Assembly (NCBI RefSeq): GCF_001194135.2
Contig: NC_068997.1
Coordinates: 37,309,834-37,373,833, forward strand
Source of the DNA: Octopus bimaculoides
Taxonomy: Eukaryota
DNA length: 64,000 bases
Reading direction: 5' to 3'
Shown here: piece after piece, positions 1 to 14,018 of the stretch
Layout: the number at the start of each line of letters is the position of its first letter
Position numbering within the stretch: the stretch's first letter is position 1
Translations under genes and position numbers: made by a program
The notes under the pieces: generated by a model
Seen by the model: only the letters and a program-made list of their open reading frames with translations
Told to the model about the DNA's origin: nothing
The model's database searches: none

Positions 1-59
1 CTTTCCATTTCATAGGAGATTTGAGTTTATTTTCTTTCTCTGAAAGTACTTCTTTGAGG

Positions 60-1000
60 AGGGATTTCTTGCTATCATTAAGTCATTTAAGTTATTCATC
101 TAATTGATTTGAGATCTTTATTCTCTGTCTCATAAGGACTCTCTTGTCTTGAGGAATGATGTTTTTGTATGCAATTGTTCTCTTCTCTGCAACAAATTTA
201 ATGCACTTGGCTCACATTATTGACATAAATTTTTTTAGGTTTATTTCAGTTTATTGCATAGAGGGACTTTTAAGCCAATTTTACTGGATTATCTGTCTTT
301 CAATTGACTTCCTGTCAACCTTATAGAAGTTCAGATTAGATAGACTTTGGGTACCATCTGTGTGGAATACATCATTAATTAGTTTTGGACCATACATCAT
401 CAGTTCTATCATGTTGTGGTGGGTCTGAGAAGATTGTTGGTAGTTAAGTTACACATTTTTAATGAAGCAGAGGTCTAATATGTTATTCTTTTTGGTTGGA
501 GAGAATTTGTTTGTTCCATGAACAATGTTTATGGAGGATCAAGTAGAGATTCTGTTTGACTGCACTTTTTTCATGTCATTCCTGAGATGTATTACATTCT
601 GACCATTGGGGATGTTGAAGTCACCCATCAGAACTACATTAGCACATTGAACTAATTTTGTAAGTATTTATTTTATCATTGTAAGGCTTTCCTCAAATTT
701 ACTGTCATGATTTTTCAGTATCAGGTGTACTTATTACTATATTGAGTTCCTTTAAAAGCAGGATGAATGTGTCACAGACGAAGTTTAAATGTGACAACAG
801 GGTTAGTGGTGTGACATCTTCATGGATGTACAACAACTCTACCAAGACTTCTTTCTCTTCTGTCTATAAGAAGTACAGTATACATTGGTATGAATATTTC
901 TGCATCATTTATGTCTGCAGATTGATGTCTCTCCATAAGTGCGATGGATATTGTTTGATTGCATGCAGGAAGATTCCTCAGGTATGCAATTTTATGCTAG
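60..1000 (-). mobile_element. Decayed CR1-like LINE, APE endonuclease region
   Basis: Minus-strand translation gives ALMERH..DINDAEIFIPMYT..DR..LLYIHEDV and VLMGDFNIP (GDFN motif, plus-strand 608-634), with many stops and frameshifts. Confidence 0.65.
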
Positions 1001-1644
1001 CTGGTGTTTTGTAGGAGGCCTCTGATATTTATTAGAATTGATATGATTGTTGGCTTTGCATCAAAATGGCTTCTAGGTGTTTAGGCTTCCATTGATTATT
1101 TGTGGTCAAGAGGCTGTAATGCTATCAAAGGGCCATCAATTACTTTCTTCATTTTTAGGGCAATATGTTGCAGACTAACTGTTGGCAGGATGCTTGCACC
1201 TCTTTGACAGCAGAGTACAACATCTGTTAGGGGCTAATGCTTTTTAAATATATCTAACTTATGATTATGGAAACATTAATGTCAAAATTGCAGTAACTCT
1301 AATTATTAGGTTATGGTACAAAAAATTAATTCCTTATATAGAATTACCTTGTTATCTTTCCCTTACCAAATTGGCTGATATTAAAATTTTTCAAGAACAA
1401 GGATATCCAGTTAAAAACTACTGGCACATCAAAATTTTATGTTCAGGATGTTCAAATTCTACCAGAATCTGACATTAAAACTGCATTAGAGTTAATGTGA
1501 CCACATGGTCAAATAATGGGAAAAGAAATTAGGATTCAAACTAAGCAAATTATTATTGATAATTTTTTTAAAAAATCAGATGAATATAAAATAAAATAAA
1601 TGTAACTCATTGGATTAAAAAAAGTTTCCTTTGATTATGTATCA

Positions 1645-2063
1645 GGTGCAGGCATGGCTGTGTTCTAAGAAGTTTGCTTCCCAACCACATGGTTCTGGAT
1701 TCAGTTCTACTTTATGGCACCTTGGGAAAGTGTCTTCCACTATGCCCTTGGGCCAACTGAAGCCATGTGAGTGGATTTGGTAGATAGAAACTGAAAAAAG
1801 CCCATTGTATATGTGTGTGTGTGTGCATGCATGCATATGTGTGTGTGCACGCATGTGTGTGCATGCATGTGTGTGTTGTGTGTGTGTGTGTGTGTATCTG
1901 CATGCGCATGCACACGTGTGTGAGTGTATGTGTGTGTCTGTGTGTACCAGGCTTAAATTAAAAATAAGGATTGGTGTCAATTTGTTTACCCCAGTCCTTG
2001 TTTCTTTGAAGCAGAGCCCCACTGTGGCAACAGTCTGATAACTGAAACAAGTAAAAGAAAGAG
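1645..2063 (+). mobile_element. tRNA-derived SINE (family A: head, TG-type microsatellite, tail)
   Basis: A-box-like TGGCTGTGTT and B-box-like GGATTCAGTT; body shared with copies at 29535-29938, 57652-57992 and 62440-62838; tail ends GAAACAAGTAAAAG. Confidence 0.7.
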
Positions 2064-2567
2064 AACATATTTTAAAAAGTATCAGATGTTCTATTTCTTT
2101 TCAGTAACATATCAGAAATGTATCCTGAACCATACTCATGACCATTATTCAGGCTTTGACATTATTTTAATTTTCTCTTTGAAATTAAATGTAGAAAGAA
2201 ATTTGGTTGTTGTTTTATGTGGATAGTATATTCTATTTAAAGAGGCAACTTTTCAGTGTTTGTAATACAGCTCATATCAGTTATGATACAAAAGTCCAAA
2301 GGTTATATGATTGGATAAGTTGTAAACAGTATAACCACTTGAAATGTCTTATCAGTGACCTCATATTAAATACTAGAAAGGCATGAGTTTCAGCATGAAA
2401 AGCAACATTGATCTTTACTATATGATGGGGGAGTGGAAATGTAATAAAGACAAATATTGCTATCTAAACTAGGTAAAATGAAATTTATCAAATAAACCAG
2501 ATATATACTTCAGCTGACTAATTATTTATTCTGTTTAAAAGAGAGAGTTCTATTAAATGTATAGACA

Positions 2568-2576
2568 ATAATAATG

Positions 2577-2640
<64 letters not shown>
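2568..2640. repeat. (AAT)n microsatellite
   Basis: Direct reading. Confidence 0.95.
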
Positions 2641-2641
<1 letters not shown>

Positions 2642-4332
2642 TATGGTCACTAATACAACCATCCCCTCATTGACAAGGTGGGATTAGAAATTTGAATTTG
2701 AAATTAAAGAATACAAGGAAGAAGATGCATAGAGTTCACATATTGAATTTTTTCATCTGTTCTAAAATTCTTACATTCTTTAGTTGGTAGTAATCATGTA
2801 TAAAACTATTTCATTCTTTTCCGAAATCTTCATCATGATTTAACCAGTAACATTATTAAGATATGTTTCAAAGAGAGACATTTCATAAAATTAAGGATGA
2901 AAAGAATTAAGTTAATTATAATCTGGAGGAGATTCAGAGATTTTTGTTTTTACCATTTATAGAAGAATGTTGGTAGTTTTAGAAAGTGGAATTCTGCTTT
3001 ATGAATAGTTTCAACACCAGCTGCAAACAATTTCTCAAGCCTTTTTCAGTAAAGAATATTAAGTGTTAAAGGGATTTTCTTCACAAACTGCTTCATGATA
3101 TTTTGAGGTAGAAATATTAATAGCAACATTTTGAATTCTTGAAGTGACACTTGGGAAGATCTTAGATGTATAAATAAACTCAGGGAATGTTTACTGCTAT
3201 AAGAAATATTCAAATCAACAGACTGGTTCAAAGATGAACTCAGTCAACTTTAATTGGCACATTTTAGATAAATGATCTCCATCAGTTTTGTTGAGTGTTC
3301 ATTTGTTTGATCAATTCACTTACTTGATCATTGAATTAGCATGGAACATCCTTAATGTAGTTCTTAAATGAAATCAGTATGACACAGTGTAACAAGGCAC
3401 AACCTTAAAATTACAGGTACAATCCATGCGATGGACTTCCACATCATTCCTATCTGCCATATTTCATCTGCAAGACTTGTATTGATCCAGTGCTATGGTA
3501 AAAGACATTTGCCAGAATACTTACAGTGGAAGCAAATCTGGGACTTCGTGACTGTGAAGCAAACTTCTTCACCATCTATTTGGGCATATCTATTTTGCAA
3601 TGCTTAGAAATAAACATGAGATATTGAAGTGAATTCAAGGACCATGTTTTCATGAATTACTAAGGAACATATAAAAGGACAAATAAAGAAAAGTAGAAAA
3701 AGAAAACTCAGAAAATTAGTGGTTTTTGCCATTTGGTGATTGATAAAATATTATTTTAAGTTTCCTTGTTCACATGTAGCAAAAATAACAGTTAAATTGT
3801 AATTCATTAGAGGATGATTCTCAATGCAAATTCCTATAAATTTGACTTGATTTCAATAAATCTTAAAAATTAAATTTTGCAAACCAAATATATTTATTCT
3901 TTCTGGAAAACTGATATATATGCTGAGAAAATCTTTGACCAGTCTTATTCTGTAAACTTTATCTTTTACAATTCAGAATCAGAAAATAGTCACCAAATAT
4001 CTCAAACATGATGAGGATAAAAGAGGATAGGAAAGTACTTTGATATGAACACAATTATTGGCTATTGGAAATTTATGAAAAACAAACAAAAGCACTGATC
4101 AATCAAAATCAGTAAAAAGAATAACAGAAAATGTTATTTTGCAGGACACATAACAGTATACTATTAACATTAAAAATAAATATCAGAGTCTGTAAATGAA
4201 ACATTTCAAGAATGTTGGACATATTTAATCACAAGATCAATGGTACAGTTCAAGATTATGGGGCCATCTTCCTTAATACAATATGCATAAATAAATTATA
4301 AAAAAGAAATATTGTACATATGATTTCATATA

Positions 4333-5915
4333 TAGACATACCTTAACCCTACATCATTAATTAGACCCAGGAGGCACAACTCAGGTTGAAAAACGACTTA
4401 AGTTACATTAAATTGTCTCTAGGCAAGGCTAGGCTGAATTCACTTGTCTCTAAGCTAAACCAATAATAACCATTCCCAGTCCTGTACTTTATTTATGAAT
4501 ACATTTTCACTAATACAGGGTTAATAAAAACCTATTTTAAGCTTACAAATAAATAATTTTTATTTTATAATACGGTACAGTAAAAAACAAATAATCTAAA
4601 TTTATGAATACAATTTGGCAGTGTTTACTGTATATCGTGAACGCTTAATTTATGAATGCAGTTTGCAAGAAGACATGGTAAAATAAAAGCCTTTATTAAA
4701 CTTAAAAAACAAATTCAGTAATTATTATTATTTTGCAATAGTAAAAAAAAAACTAAATTATTTTAAATTTACCAATATGTACATACAATTTAGTGGTTTA
4801 CATTGCAGATGTAGAAGCTGTGGATTGTTAACATCAACAGCTGATTCTGGTTGTTTTTGTTGTTCGATGCACTTAAAAAACTGGTTGAGAGTTCCTTGAA
4901 CTGTCTTCTTTTCCTCAAGGATTATATTATAAGAAGCAAAACCTTCCATAATCTTGGAAAAGCATTGAGCATTTGGATCCATATCCTCTAACACAGAAAG
5001 AACGTTTTTGATATATGCAAATGCATGCTGCATTTTCTTAATGGTAAAATGATGTGGCTGTCAGGTTCGATTTCCTCTTCTTTATTTTGCTGCTCGTGAA
5101 GTTCTATCAAATCCTCGTTAATCAGGGGCTGCTTGTCTTTTTCAAATACATCTTTGCAATCCTCTTCCACCAAATTAATAATCTAAAGAGAAAGAAGACT
5201 TTCCATTTCTTCAAAGATTTTACCTCTATTCTTATTGATGACAGTATTCTTCATCCCTTAGGCTTCAGATTTGAAATGTGCTAAAAGCTTGTGCTTATTA
5301 TGTACAACCATTGATACAATTGTCTGACTCATCCCAAAAGATCATGCAATTACTACCACTTTTTTCACCTTTTTCAAGATAACCAGTTTATCTTCCAGTA
5401 TTATAGCACTTTCACTATGAATTTTCTTCAGAGTCATGGGGCAAAAAATAAAGTCACAAATGAATGAGAATGAGAAAGTAGCTGATAAACTGAGGTAAAG
5501 AAATCTGAATTCAAAACAATCAAGGAGAATCATGAGTGACAACAATGACTAATAGTAGATATTGGAACTACAGTGCAATATGAGCTCCGAAAGACCAATA
5601 AATAAGACAACACTGCTGATTTCATAATTTCGTTCACTAAGCTACACTACTTTATGGTGTGTATCTTAACATTTACTGTATGTATTTTAATATGATTTTA
5701 AATGCTTTTATTCTTATTTATTGTACAGTAACATGAATTTTATGTGCTTTTAACAGTTTTCTAGTGGTTTTATGAATCCAATACTTGTGGCGGACAGACG
5801 TAAAGTTGAGTAAAATGTCTTGACTTGAATTTTATTTTTCCATGTATTATTGTTGAAAACGAATGTATAACTGAGAATGACTTAAGTCGAAACACCTTAA
5901 GCTGAAGTATGTCTG
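4333..5915 (-). mobile_element. Internally deleted Tigger/pogo DNA transposon
   Basis: Colinear with the copy at 13728-16690 (e.g. ORF 4758-5033 vs 15477-15701) but lacks ~1 kb including the DDE core (junction near 5185). Ends TAGACATAC / GTATGTCTG are flanked by TA. Confidence 0.8.
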
Positions 5916-6559
5916 TATATAGAAATATATGATTAAAAGGGCCAAAACTCCATCAAAAGAATTTTCTCATTTTAAGAGATTGACTGTTTGCTGCAAATAA
6001 ATTCTGAAATGACAAACAAAATGTCACTTTTATTTATAAACAATCAACAATGTTATTTTTTAGGAAATGGTTGAAATACTTTGAAATAGAAAGTCATCGA
6101 ATAAACAGATAGTGATATTTATTGAATGTTGCCATAATTTATTTTCTTCTTATATCAGCACATAGTTGTTAATTCATACAATGTTCGCAAGATTAGTCAC
6201 CTAAGTAAAAGAATTCATCGATTACTTTTGCTAAACCATATGAGAACTTTACAATCTTTACCTCAACATATCTTGTGGAAACGTTTTTTGGGGCGGGAAT
6301 ATCACTGACTGTCAATATTCTTCCTTTTATCATCATATTCCTTGTTTTTCCAGTTGTTTTTCTTGTTAAAGCTATCATCAATTGCAAGTTTTATAACATT
6401 CTCTGCTAGTTTAATATGACATTTAAAGTCCCTTCCTTGTCAGCACAAAACCTCAATATAACATATATACTTTGAATTACATTATTATTTTTCCTGATGC
6501 TTTTTTATTTGTGCTGGTACCATGTAAAGAGTACTCTTTGCCATGTAAAATGCATACAC

Positions 6560-6700
6560 TACACTCTGTAAATCGGTTGATGTTAGGAAGGGTATCCAAC
6601 TCTAGCAACCATGCCAAAAAGATAATGGAACCTGGTGTGGTTCCTGTCAAACCTTCCAACTCACACCAGCATAGAAAACAGGCATTAAATGATGATGTAT
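6560..6700 (+). mobile_element. RTE-X-like 3' terminal fragment
   Basis: GTTAGGAAGGGTATCC...CCAGCATAGAAAACAGGCATTAAATGATGATG matches the 3' ends at 37250 and 50430-50490. Confidence 0.5.
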
Positions 6701-7987
6701 GTATGTGTAACTGTGAGTTTAGAAGGATGTATTATCTGGGTATATACTGTATTGGCTCTCTGTTAAACTTCATCTTGTAATGTTTACTTTCATATTATGA
6801 TAAACAGCTATTATGCACAAATACTATTTTCTGACTGGATAAAAAGGATCAGACTTTAAACCTCTGTAACATTTTTCTAAAACTTTCCTGGAATAAATGA
6901 AAAACAAAATTGAATTGAGTGTGAAAATTTTTACTGAAAATGTGTGACAGCAACAAAAAAGATCTTTTACTCTTCCTCTATTTGTCTATCTCTTTCATTT
7001 TTCTCTTTACTCATTGCAAATTTCCCCCCTCTCTATAGATATATTTACCACACTCTCACTCTCTATACATGTACATCACTCATGCTGAGTGTGCGGATGT
7101 GTGTATGTATGCATGTGTGTAAAGAATTTCATTAGGGTGACAAGATAATTTTAAAAAGGTATGTAAAATATAATTTATCTTAATAGCATACTTTTATTGT
7201 GAATATGTTTTTCCTTACACACACATGCACATACATGCACACAGACATGCACACACATGCATATACATATGCACACACACACACATGCATGCACACACAG
7301 ACTTACTTTGTGCAGGGTGGGGGTTAAAAATTTAAATTGCAAATTTTTTTTGCTGTTGCTTAAATCCCAACAATGGACCACCCCTGTTACTTCTGCATCA
7401 TCATTCCATAAAATGTGTCTATCAGAAGAAAAATATTGAAAGACATCAGTACATATCAGAGTGACAATGAAATGAGGAAAGTATCAGGTGGTCGCGGGAT
7501 GTGCGAGAAGCAACAGCTAAATCTCCCTTAAATCACACACCTTTCCATCTGATAATTATTATGAAATTATAAACAGAAACAAATTGCTGATTCAGACTGT
7601 CCATATTTTAAAACAATGATTAAAAGAAATTTCATATAAAAGCCAAGATGTTAGGATTTATGAGGGATGGGTGGGGTTAATGAAGAAATTAAAACAGATT
7701 TAAATATTGTTTTTAAATTACATCCCATAATTTTTAAGTGTGTAGTGCAAAAAAGATATGGCCCAAACTGGTACTGAGCAGGGAAGCAGGGTTGAAAAAG
7801 ATGCTGAATTTTCAAAAAAATTTTTTTTTGTCAAAACAATACATCTAATGTTTTTAAGTACGTAGTGCAGGAAAAAAAACTGGACAAAATTGGTCCAGAA
7901 GGTGAGGAGGTGGGATTCATAAATTTTCTGACCAGCCATAACAATTAACCTTCAATAAATAAATATATATTCCTCCTTTATTCCTCC

Positions 7988-8145
7988 GTGTATTTGCAAG
8001 CTGATTTAATTTCTACCAACAATGACTTCAAGTATGTAATTGCAGCCAATAACTCGGGCTCCTTTTATTGAGCCTGGTTGCAGTTCATTTATTTTTGTTC
8101 AGCATGTGGCTGTCATCATAGAGGTGCCCTGAGTCAAAAAATATC
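7988..8145 (+). repeat. Unclassified dispersed repeat, second copy at ~16826-16985
   Basis: Shared block GACTTCAAGTATGTAATTGCAGCCAATAACTCG...GGTGCCCTG(A/T)GTCAAAAAATATC. Confidence 0.75.
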
Positions 8146-8870
8146 CAATGATGCTAAGATGGATAAAGAAATCGAGTCCAGAATTGGGGAGGCTAGTTCC
8201 ACTTTCAGTAAACTTTACCATAGGCTTTGGAACAGCCATGACATATTGTTGAAGGTGAAGGTCAATGTATACAAGTTAGTGGTTTTGGTATCATTGCTTT
8301 ATGATGCTGCATCTTGGACCCTGTACGAAAAGCACATCAACCAGCTTGATGCTTTTTATATGCAATGCTTGCATTCTATGTCCAACATAAAACTGAGTGA
8401 TCATATTCATAACAGTGAGGTGCTAACACAATGCAACATATTGGTGTTGAAGCCATCATCATCAAAATACGGCTTAATAGTCAGGTCATCTCTCACATAC
8501 GAGTGATACCAGAATTCCGAAGCAACTTCTTTTTGGCCAATTCCCAACAGGAAGGTCAATTGGAAGGCTGCTCTTGTGTTTCAAAGACAAACTAAAAGAC
8601 AATCTGAAGTGATGCTACATTCCCTTTTCTTCCTGGGGAAACAAAGCATCAGAATGCAAGAACTGGTGCCAATCCTGCTTCTCCTTTCAATTCAAAGATT
8701 GGAGCAAAGTCGACTCCAACATTGGGACCAACTTTGTACAAGCATGAAGGCATGCTGGCAAAACACTGCTCTTCTAAATGGAAACCTTACCTGTCATTGT
8801 GGTTTTGTGGCACAGAACAAAGCAGGCCTTGTTTCCACTCAAGAAAATACATAGTAAATGATCCAAAATT
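8140..8870 (+). mobile_element. 5'-truncated RTE-clade LINE (C-terminal RT region)
   Basis: ORF 8078-8506: DKEIESRIGEASSTFSKLYHRLWNSHDILLKVKVNVYKLVVLVSLLYDAASWTLY, the typical RTE post-RT motif. Confidence 0.8.
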
Positions 8871-9034
8871 ACTTGAGCAAACTGAGTCCTTAACTTGTTC
8901 CATTTGACAAAAAGCTTGCAAGGAACCAGCAGGCCTCAAGAGACACATTCATGACCATAGAACATGATTACTGCCTTATTTTACTGAACCCTCATGACGA
9001 GGAATCCATCATGTGTGTGTGTGTGTGTATGTAT

Positions 9035-9076
<42 letters not shown>

Positions 9077-9080
<4 letters not shown>

Positions 9081-9295
9081 TTTTATTTGTTTCAGTCATT
9101 TGACTGCCTTTAGTCGAACAAATCAACCCCAGGACTTATTATTTGTAAGTCTACTCCTTATTCTATTGGTCTCTTTTGCCGAACCACTAAGTTAGAGAGA
9201 CATAAACACACCAACATTGGTTGTCAAGCAATGGTGGTGGTGGTGGTGGTGGTGGGGAAACACAGACACACAAACACACACACACACACACACAT
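9077..9295 (-). mobile_element. SINE family A, 3' half
   Basis: TTTGTTTCAGTCATTTGACTGC...GAACCACTAAGTT matches 29540-29760 and 62440-62640. Confidence 0.7.
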
Positions 9296-9299
9296 ATAT

Positions 9300-9505
9300 G
9301 TAATGGCAAGTTGGCAGAATCATTAGCCTACTGGACAAAATGCTTAGCAGCACTTTGTCTGTCTTTAAGTTCTGAGTTCAAATTCCACTGAGATGGAGTT
9401 GTGCCTTTCATCTTTTCAGAGTCAATAAGATAAGTACCAGTTACACACTGGGGTCAGTGTAATCGACTTAACCCCTCCCCCAAAATTTCTAGTTTTGTGC
9501 CATAA
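9300..9505 (+). mobile_element. tRNA-derived SINE (family C)
   Basis: GTTCTGAGTTCAAATTCC B-box and GCCTTTCATCTTTTCAGAGTCAATAAGATAAGTACCAG core; similar copies at 16413-16630 and 48818-49025. Confidence 0.65.
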
Positions 9506-9506
9506 T

Positions 9507-9516
9507 TTGAAACCAA

Positions 9517-9585
<69 letters not shown>

Positions 9586-9645
9586 CTGTCTGTTTATCTA
9601 TCTATCTATCTCTGTCTGTTTATCTATCTATCTATCTCTGTCTGT

Positions 9646-9679
<34 letters not shown>

Positions 9680-9735
9680 CTGTCTGTCTGTTTATCTATC
9701 TATCTATCTATCTATCTAATATTCTATCTATCTAT
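9507..9735. repeat. (TATC)n/(TGTC)n microsatellite
   Basis: Direct reading. Confidence 0.95.
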
Positions 9736-11150
9736 GAATATATAGAATGGATGCTAAGTCAGTGTATATATGAAGTCAATCAATGTGATTATAAGTGACA
9801 AGCCTATACAGATACACTTAGAGCTATAACAGGAGAATCGTTGAATATGTAAACAAAAACAGATGGTTGAGTAAGCAATGAATCATTTAGAAACGTGTGG
9901 CTGCATATGGTTGGAGAAACTAAATATGTATTTCCATAGATCTGACTAATCTGTGTGGTTCAAAAGTGGTCTGCTTAATAATGGTGTGGACCTCAACAAT
10001 CCAGAGCTCTTCTGCATCTGAGTGTCTGATAAAGGCCTGTTTTTTTTTTGTTTTTTCACTTCTGTTGGTTATTTCTTTCTGTAGTTCTTTTGCATGTTTG
10101 TGTTTGTATAGTGTACTAAATGACATGGGCTTGGGAAATCCTTGTGCTATTCTCATGTGTGGCTGTGACCTTTGATACTGCAAACACAAAGTTCAGTTTG
10201 AATATCAATATCCAAAATCTTGAAATGCTCTATCAGCAGCTATTTGCAATAAGTGGATGACAACAAAATCATAGCAGTGGTGCATCACCCTCACTACTAA
10301 TAAAATATCACAGCTACAGATATGAGATATACATCTCGTATGGCAATTCTCTTGACCAAAATATAAATAACTATACAGTTCTTCTGAAAGAGGATAATAT
10401 TTTTATACAGTACTCGTATAAAGCATTTTATTTATGGTAAATTTATGTTTTCATACTGTACCATCAAAATATTGTATTTACAAAACTACTAAAAAAATAT
10501 CTTTCAATGGCTATATCATGTACTAAATTTGTTGTTTTTTTCCCACAAAATATTCATGTAAAATAAAGCTGCATCTCATGCAAGAGTGAATTTAAAACAC
10601 TCACAAATGCAGTATGTATCCATACATGTTTATTGAAAATTGTTAACGTTTTTCTTAGGGAAAATATTTTGCACAAGTCAAAAATTAGGGATTGTATCAC
10701 CATGTTTTTTGTTCTTCCAGGGATATTACAGATGTGATTTGGTGATGTTACCCCTTAAGCTGAATGTCCATTGGTTCCAATATATAATTTGAAGTAAATC
10801 TATAAAAAACAAAAAAATGGTTCTTCTTTCTATCTTTTACCATATACATAGAAAACACACACACACACACGTTTATATTTTTCTTTAGGTTCTGATTGGC
10901 CAATCATGTTTTCTCACCTTAAGAACAATTCAAAGAATAACTTCTTGTATATGAATAATTATATACTAACAAAAGTATACACACCTGAACATTGTCCTGT
11001 ACATCTTTAAACATAATTTGAATTCTTTATACTCTTTACACATATCAATGAGGAAATGAAAAAAAAATGAAATATTTTTTAAGGAAATTAAAATGTGCAG
11101 GTTTGTTGGTTTGTTCTTCAAATTTGCAACTCAGCTGAAAGATATTCAGC

Positions 11151-11196
<46 letters not shown>

Positions 11197-12330
11197 TGAT
11201 GATGATGATGATGATAAATAGCTTATTGTATAAAATGTTCAGGTGCTCCACAACTTGTTGGAAAAGGGTAAAAAATGGGACAGAAAACGCCAATAAGTCA
11301 AGTCAAATAAAAAGACAGTGATGAAAACCAAAAATGCATGCACATTTCACAGGAGAAAACATAAAAAGAAAGAAAAGTGAACAACAAAAAGAGACCGAAA
11401 TCTCTTTTTCTTGGAAAAAAATTCTTCAACTTGATTTAAAATTATTGACTTCCACAATTGACTTTTAATATCAAATAGATTTTGTGCTATTATAAATATG
11501 CCTCTAACTCTTTATTCATAAACACACACACACACACACATGCATGCATCTGTGTCACATATTGTCTTGGATACATCAGATTTCAGTATAACCCTACTGA
11601 AATTCTCAGACTCATACGTACTAGTAAATATCTTATTCAAATAAAAAATGGAATTCTTACACATGAAAAAATTAATAAGAAAATGCTGGCAGGAAAACTT
11701 TTGAAATTTTAAAATATTCAAATTCTTATGACTAACACACTAAAATCATTTCAACCATGTTTCTTTGTTATATTCCTTTTGTTCATCTGTTGGCTTCTGT
11801 CTGTCAGCCTGTCTCTTTGCATAGATTTAGACATAAGGTACTACTGTGAAGTTAATATGGTGACTATGTATAGATTTAGATGCAGACTCTTTCTTTACTT
11901 TAATAAAGAAAGCTACTTATTAATTAGTTATGAATATGTATTTCTTACTAAAAGAAAGCAATTATTAAAATTTACAGTCTAGAAAATTCTTATAAATTCC
12001 AGTTTTAATATAGTTTTATCAACAAGCATTTTTAAAGAAAATTATCCTTATTCCTGTGACATACATTTTTAAATGTTTTACATTCATCTCTCTTTAACTG
12101 TTTCCTTGCAATTCTCTCTCTCTCTCTCTTCTGTTCCTATTAGTCTTTCTGTATTCTTATCACTTTTTTCTCTTTCACTCTTGTTTTTATCCTTTTTTGT
12201 TGTTTTTTTTCAACATCTTTTACACTTTGCCCTTTGTCTCTTTTCTTTCTCTCATATTCTGTTTATATCTCTTTCCCAGTTATTTCATTTAATACTTTTT
12301 ATTTTTCTCCTGCTCATTCTGTTACTTTCA

Positions 12331-12387
<57 letters not shown>

Positions 12388-13585
12388 TCTACCTCTCTCT
12401 CCCTCTACCACCTTTATTCAATTGTTTTTGTTAAACTCAAAGAGCCAGACCCAGTTTCAGCCGGGTTGGTAACGAAAGGGTTTAAAATTATTTCTGTCTC
12501 TAGAGGATGTATCATGATTATCAAAAAGCTGCTAAGACCAGTTTCACATGAGGAGGGCGAAAATTCTCCAGAGATAATTTTAATAAATCAACAATTTATG
12601 TTGTATGGTATTTTGTATACCTCTATTTGTTTGTCATTCAAATACTTGTCATTGGTCACTTTGGATTATTTTTCTTAGCTCAGTTTTCGCTTAAATTATG
12701 CAAATTACTTTGGCCATAAATGTCTTCTATTCCTTTTTGCATAAGTCTAGTCCTTTGGTTACAAATCTACCTTGGCAGTTGTGTCTGTAATATAGCCATG
12801 TGAGTTCTTCAAATGTCTTCTTTCTTATTTCGTTGAACATGGATACCATTTTCTGAGAGTATATTGGTTGCTTCTTTATCAATGTTTTTGCTTTTTTTTC
12901 TTGTCTTTTGTTCTCAGTTGCCAGATGAGTCTTTTACAGTTTCTGTTAATGCTTACAGAAAGTCTTCTTTTTGGCGAATGGTTGAAACCTGCTCCACATT
13001 TTGAAACTAATTCACACATCGAACTATTCCAAATGAGCAAAACCTTGTAAATACAAATATTTTCTTTTTTACTCCAAATCTAAAAATTCTGGAAAATTAC
13101 TAAACTTCTTGTAGACTTAAGAAGGCTTAATCTAAGGCCCAATTAATACCACCAACACCACCATCATATAACACATGGGTATTTTTAGAAGAATCCTCTT
13201 GACTAAATTCAGTAATTTACCATTAACGATTATCTGTAGGTGTTTAAAGACAGTAACAAACTCTACCAGACATTAACCTGTAATATGAGTAAAGATGATT
13301 AAAATATTATTTCAAATATTCAGTCAAATTAATAAAATATCAAGGCTTTCCTCTGGTAGTATCTAAATTTCTCAAGTGTTCTACAAATTATATAACGCAA
13401 ACTGTTTATCAGAATTTTAACATTTTCCCACATGGCCAATATCACATGTTATTTGACATATCATTGTTTTAATGGGTACTTTTCCAGGCTTGCATGGGTC
13501 AGAAGGAATCCATTGCAGTAGATTTTCTATGGTTGGCTGCTCCTGGATTTGGCAGATGGAGGCTGAAATAAGCCCATTGTGCGTG

Positions 13586-13627
<42 letters not shown>

Positions 13628-14018
13628 NNNNNNNNNNNNNNNNNNNNNNNNNNNNNNNNNNNNNNNNNNNNNNNNNNNNNNNNNNNNNNNNNNNNNNNNN
13701 NNNNNNNNNNNNNNNNNNNNNNNNNNNCATGTTACTGTACAATAAATAAGAATAAAAGCATTTAAAATCATATTAAAGTATGTACTGTAAATGTTAAGAT
13801 ACACATCATAAAATAGTGTAGCTTAGTAAACAAAATCATGAAACCAGCTGTGTTGTATTATTTATTGGTCTTTCAAAGCTCATATTGCACTGTAGTTTCA
13901 ATATTTACTGTTAGGTGTCGTTGTGATGCCTGTGATTGTTTTGAATTCAGATTTCTTTACATCTCTTTATCTGCTACTTTCTCATTCTCATTTATTTGTG
14001 ACTTTATTTTATGTCCTC

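Noticed and set aside
1645-1725. tRNA-like sequences (also 15952, 18315, 29860, 57652, 62760)
   Set aside because: SINE heads: A/B boxes present but no complete cloverleaf, and each continues into a SINE body.
12420-13043. Coding-looking minus-strand stretch behind an acceptor
   Set aside because: Multiple stops in all frames and it ends in a repeat-like TTAA-CCCTTT terminus; probably a decayed unclassified repeat.
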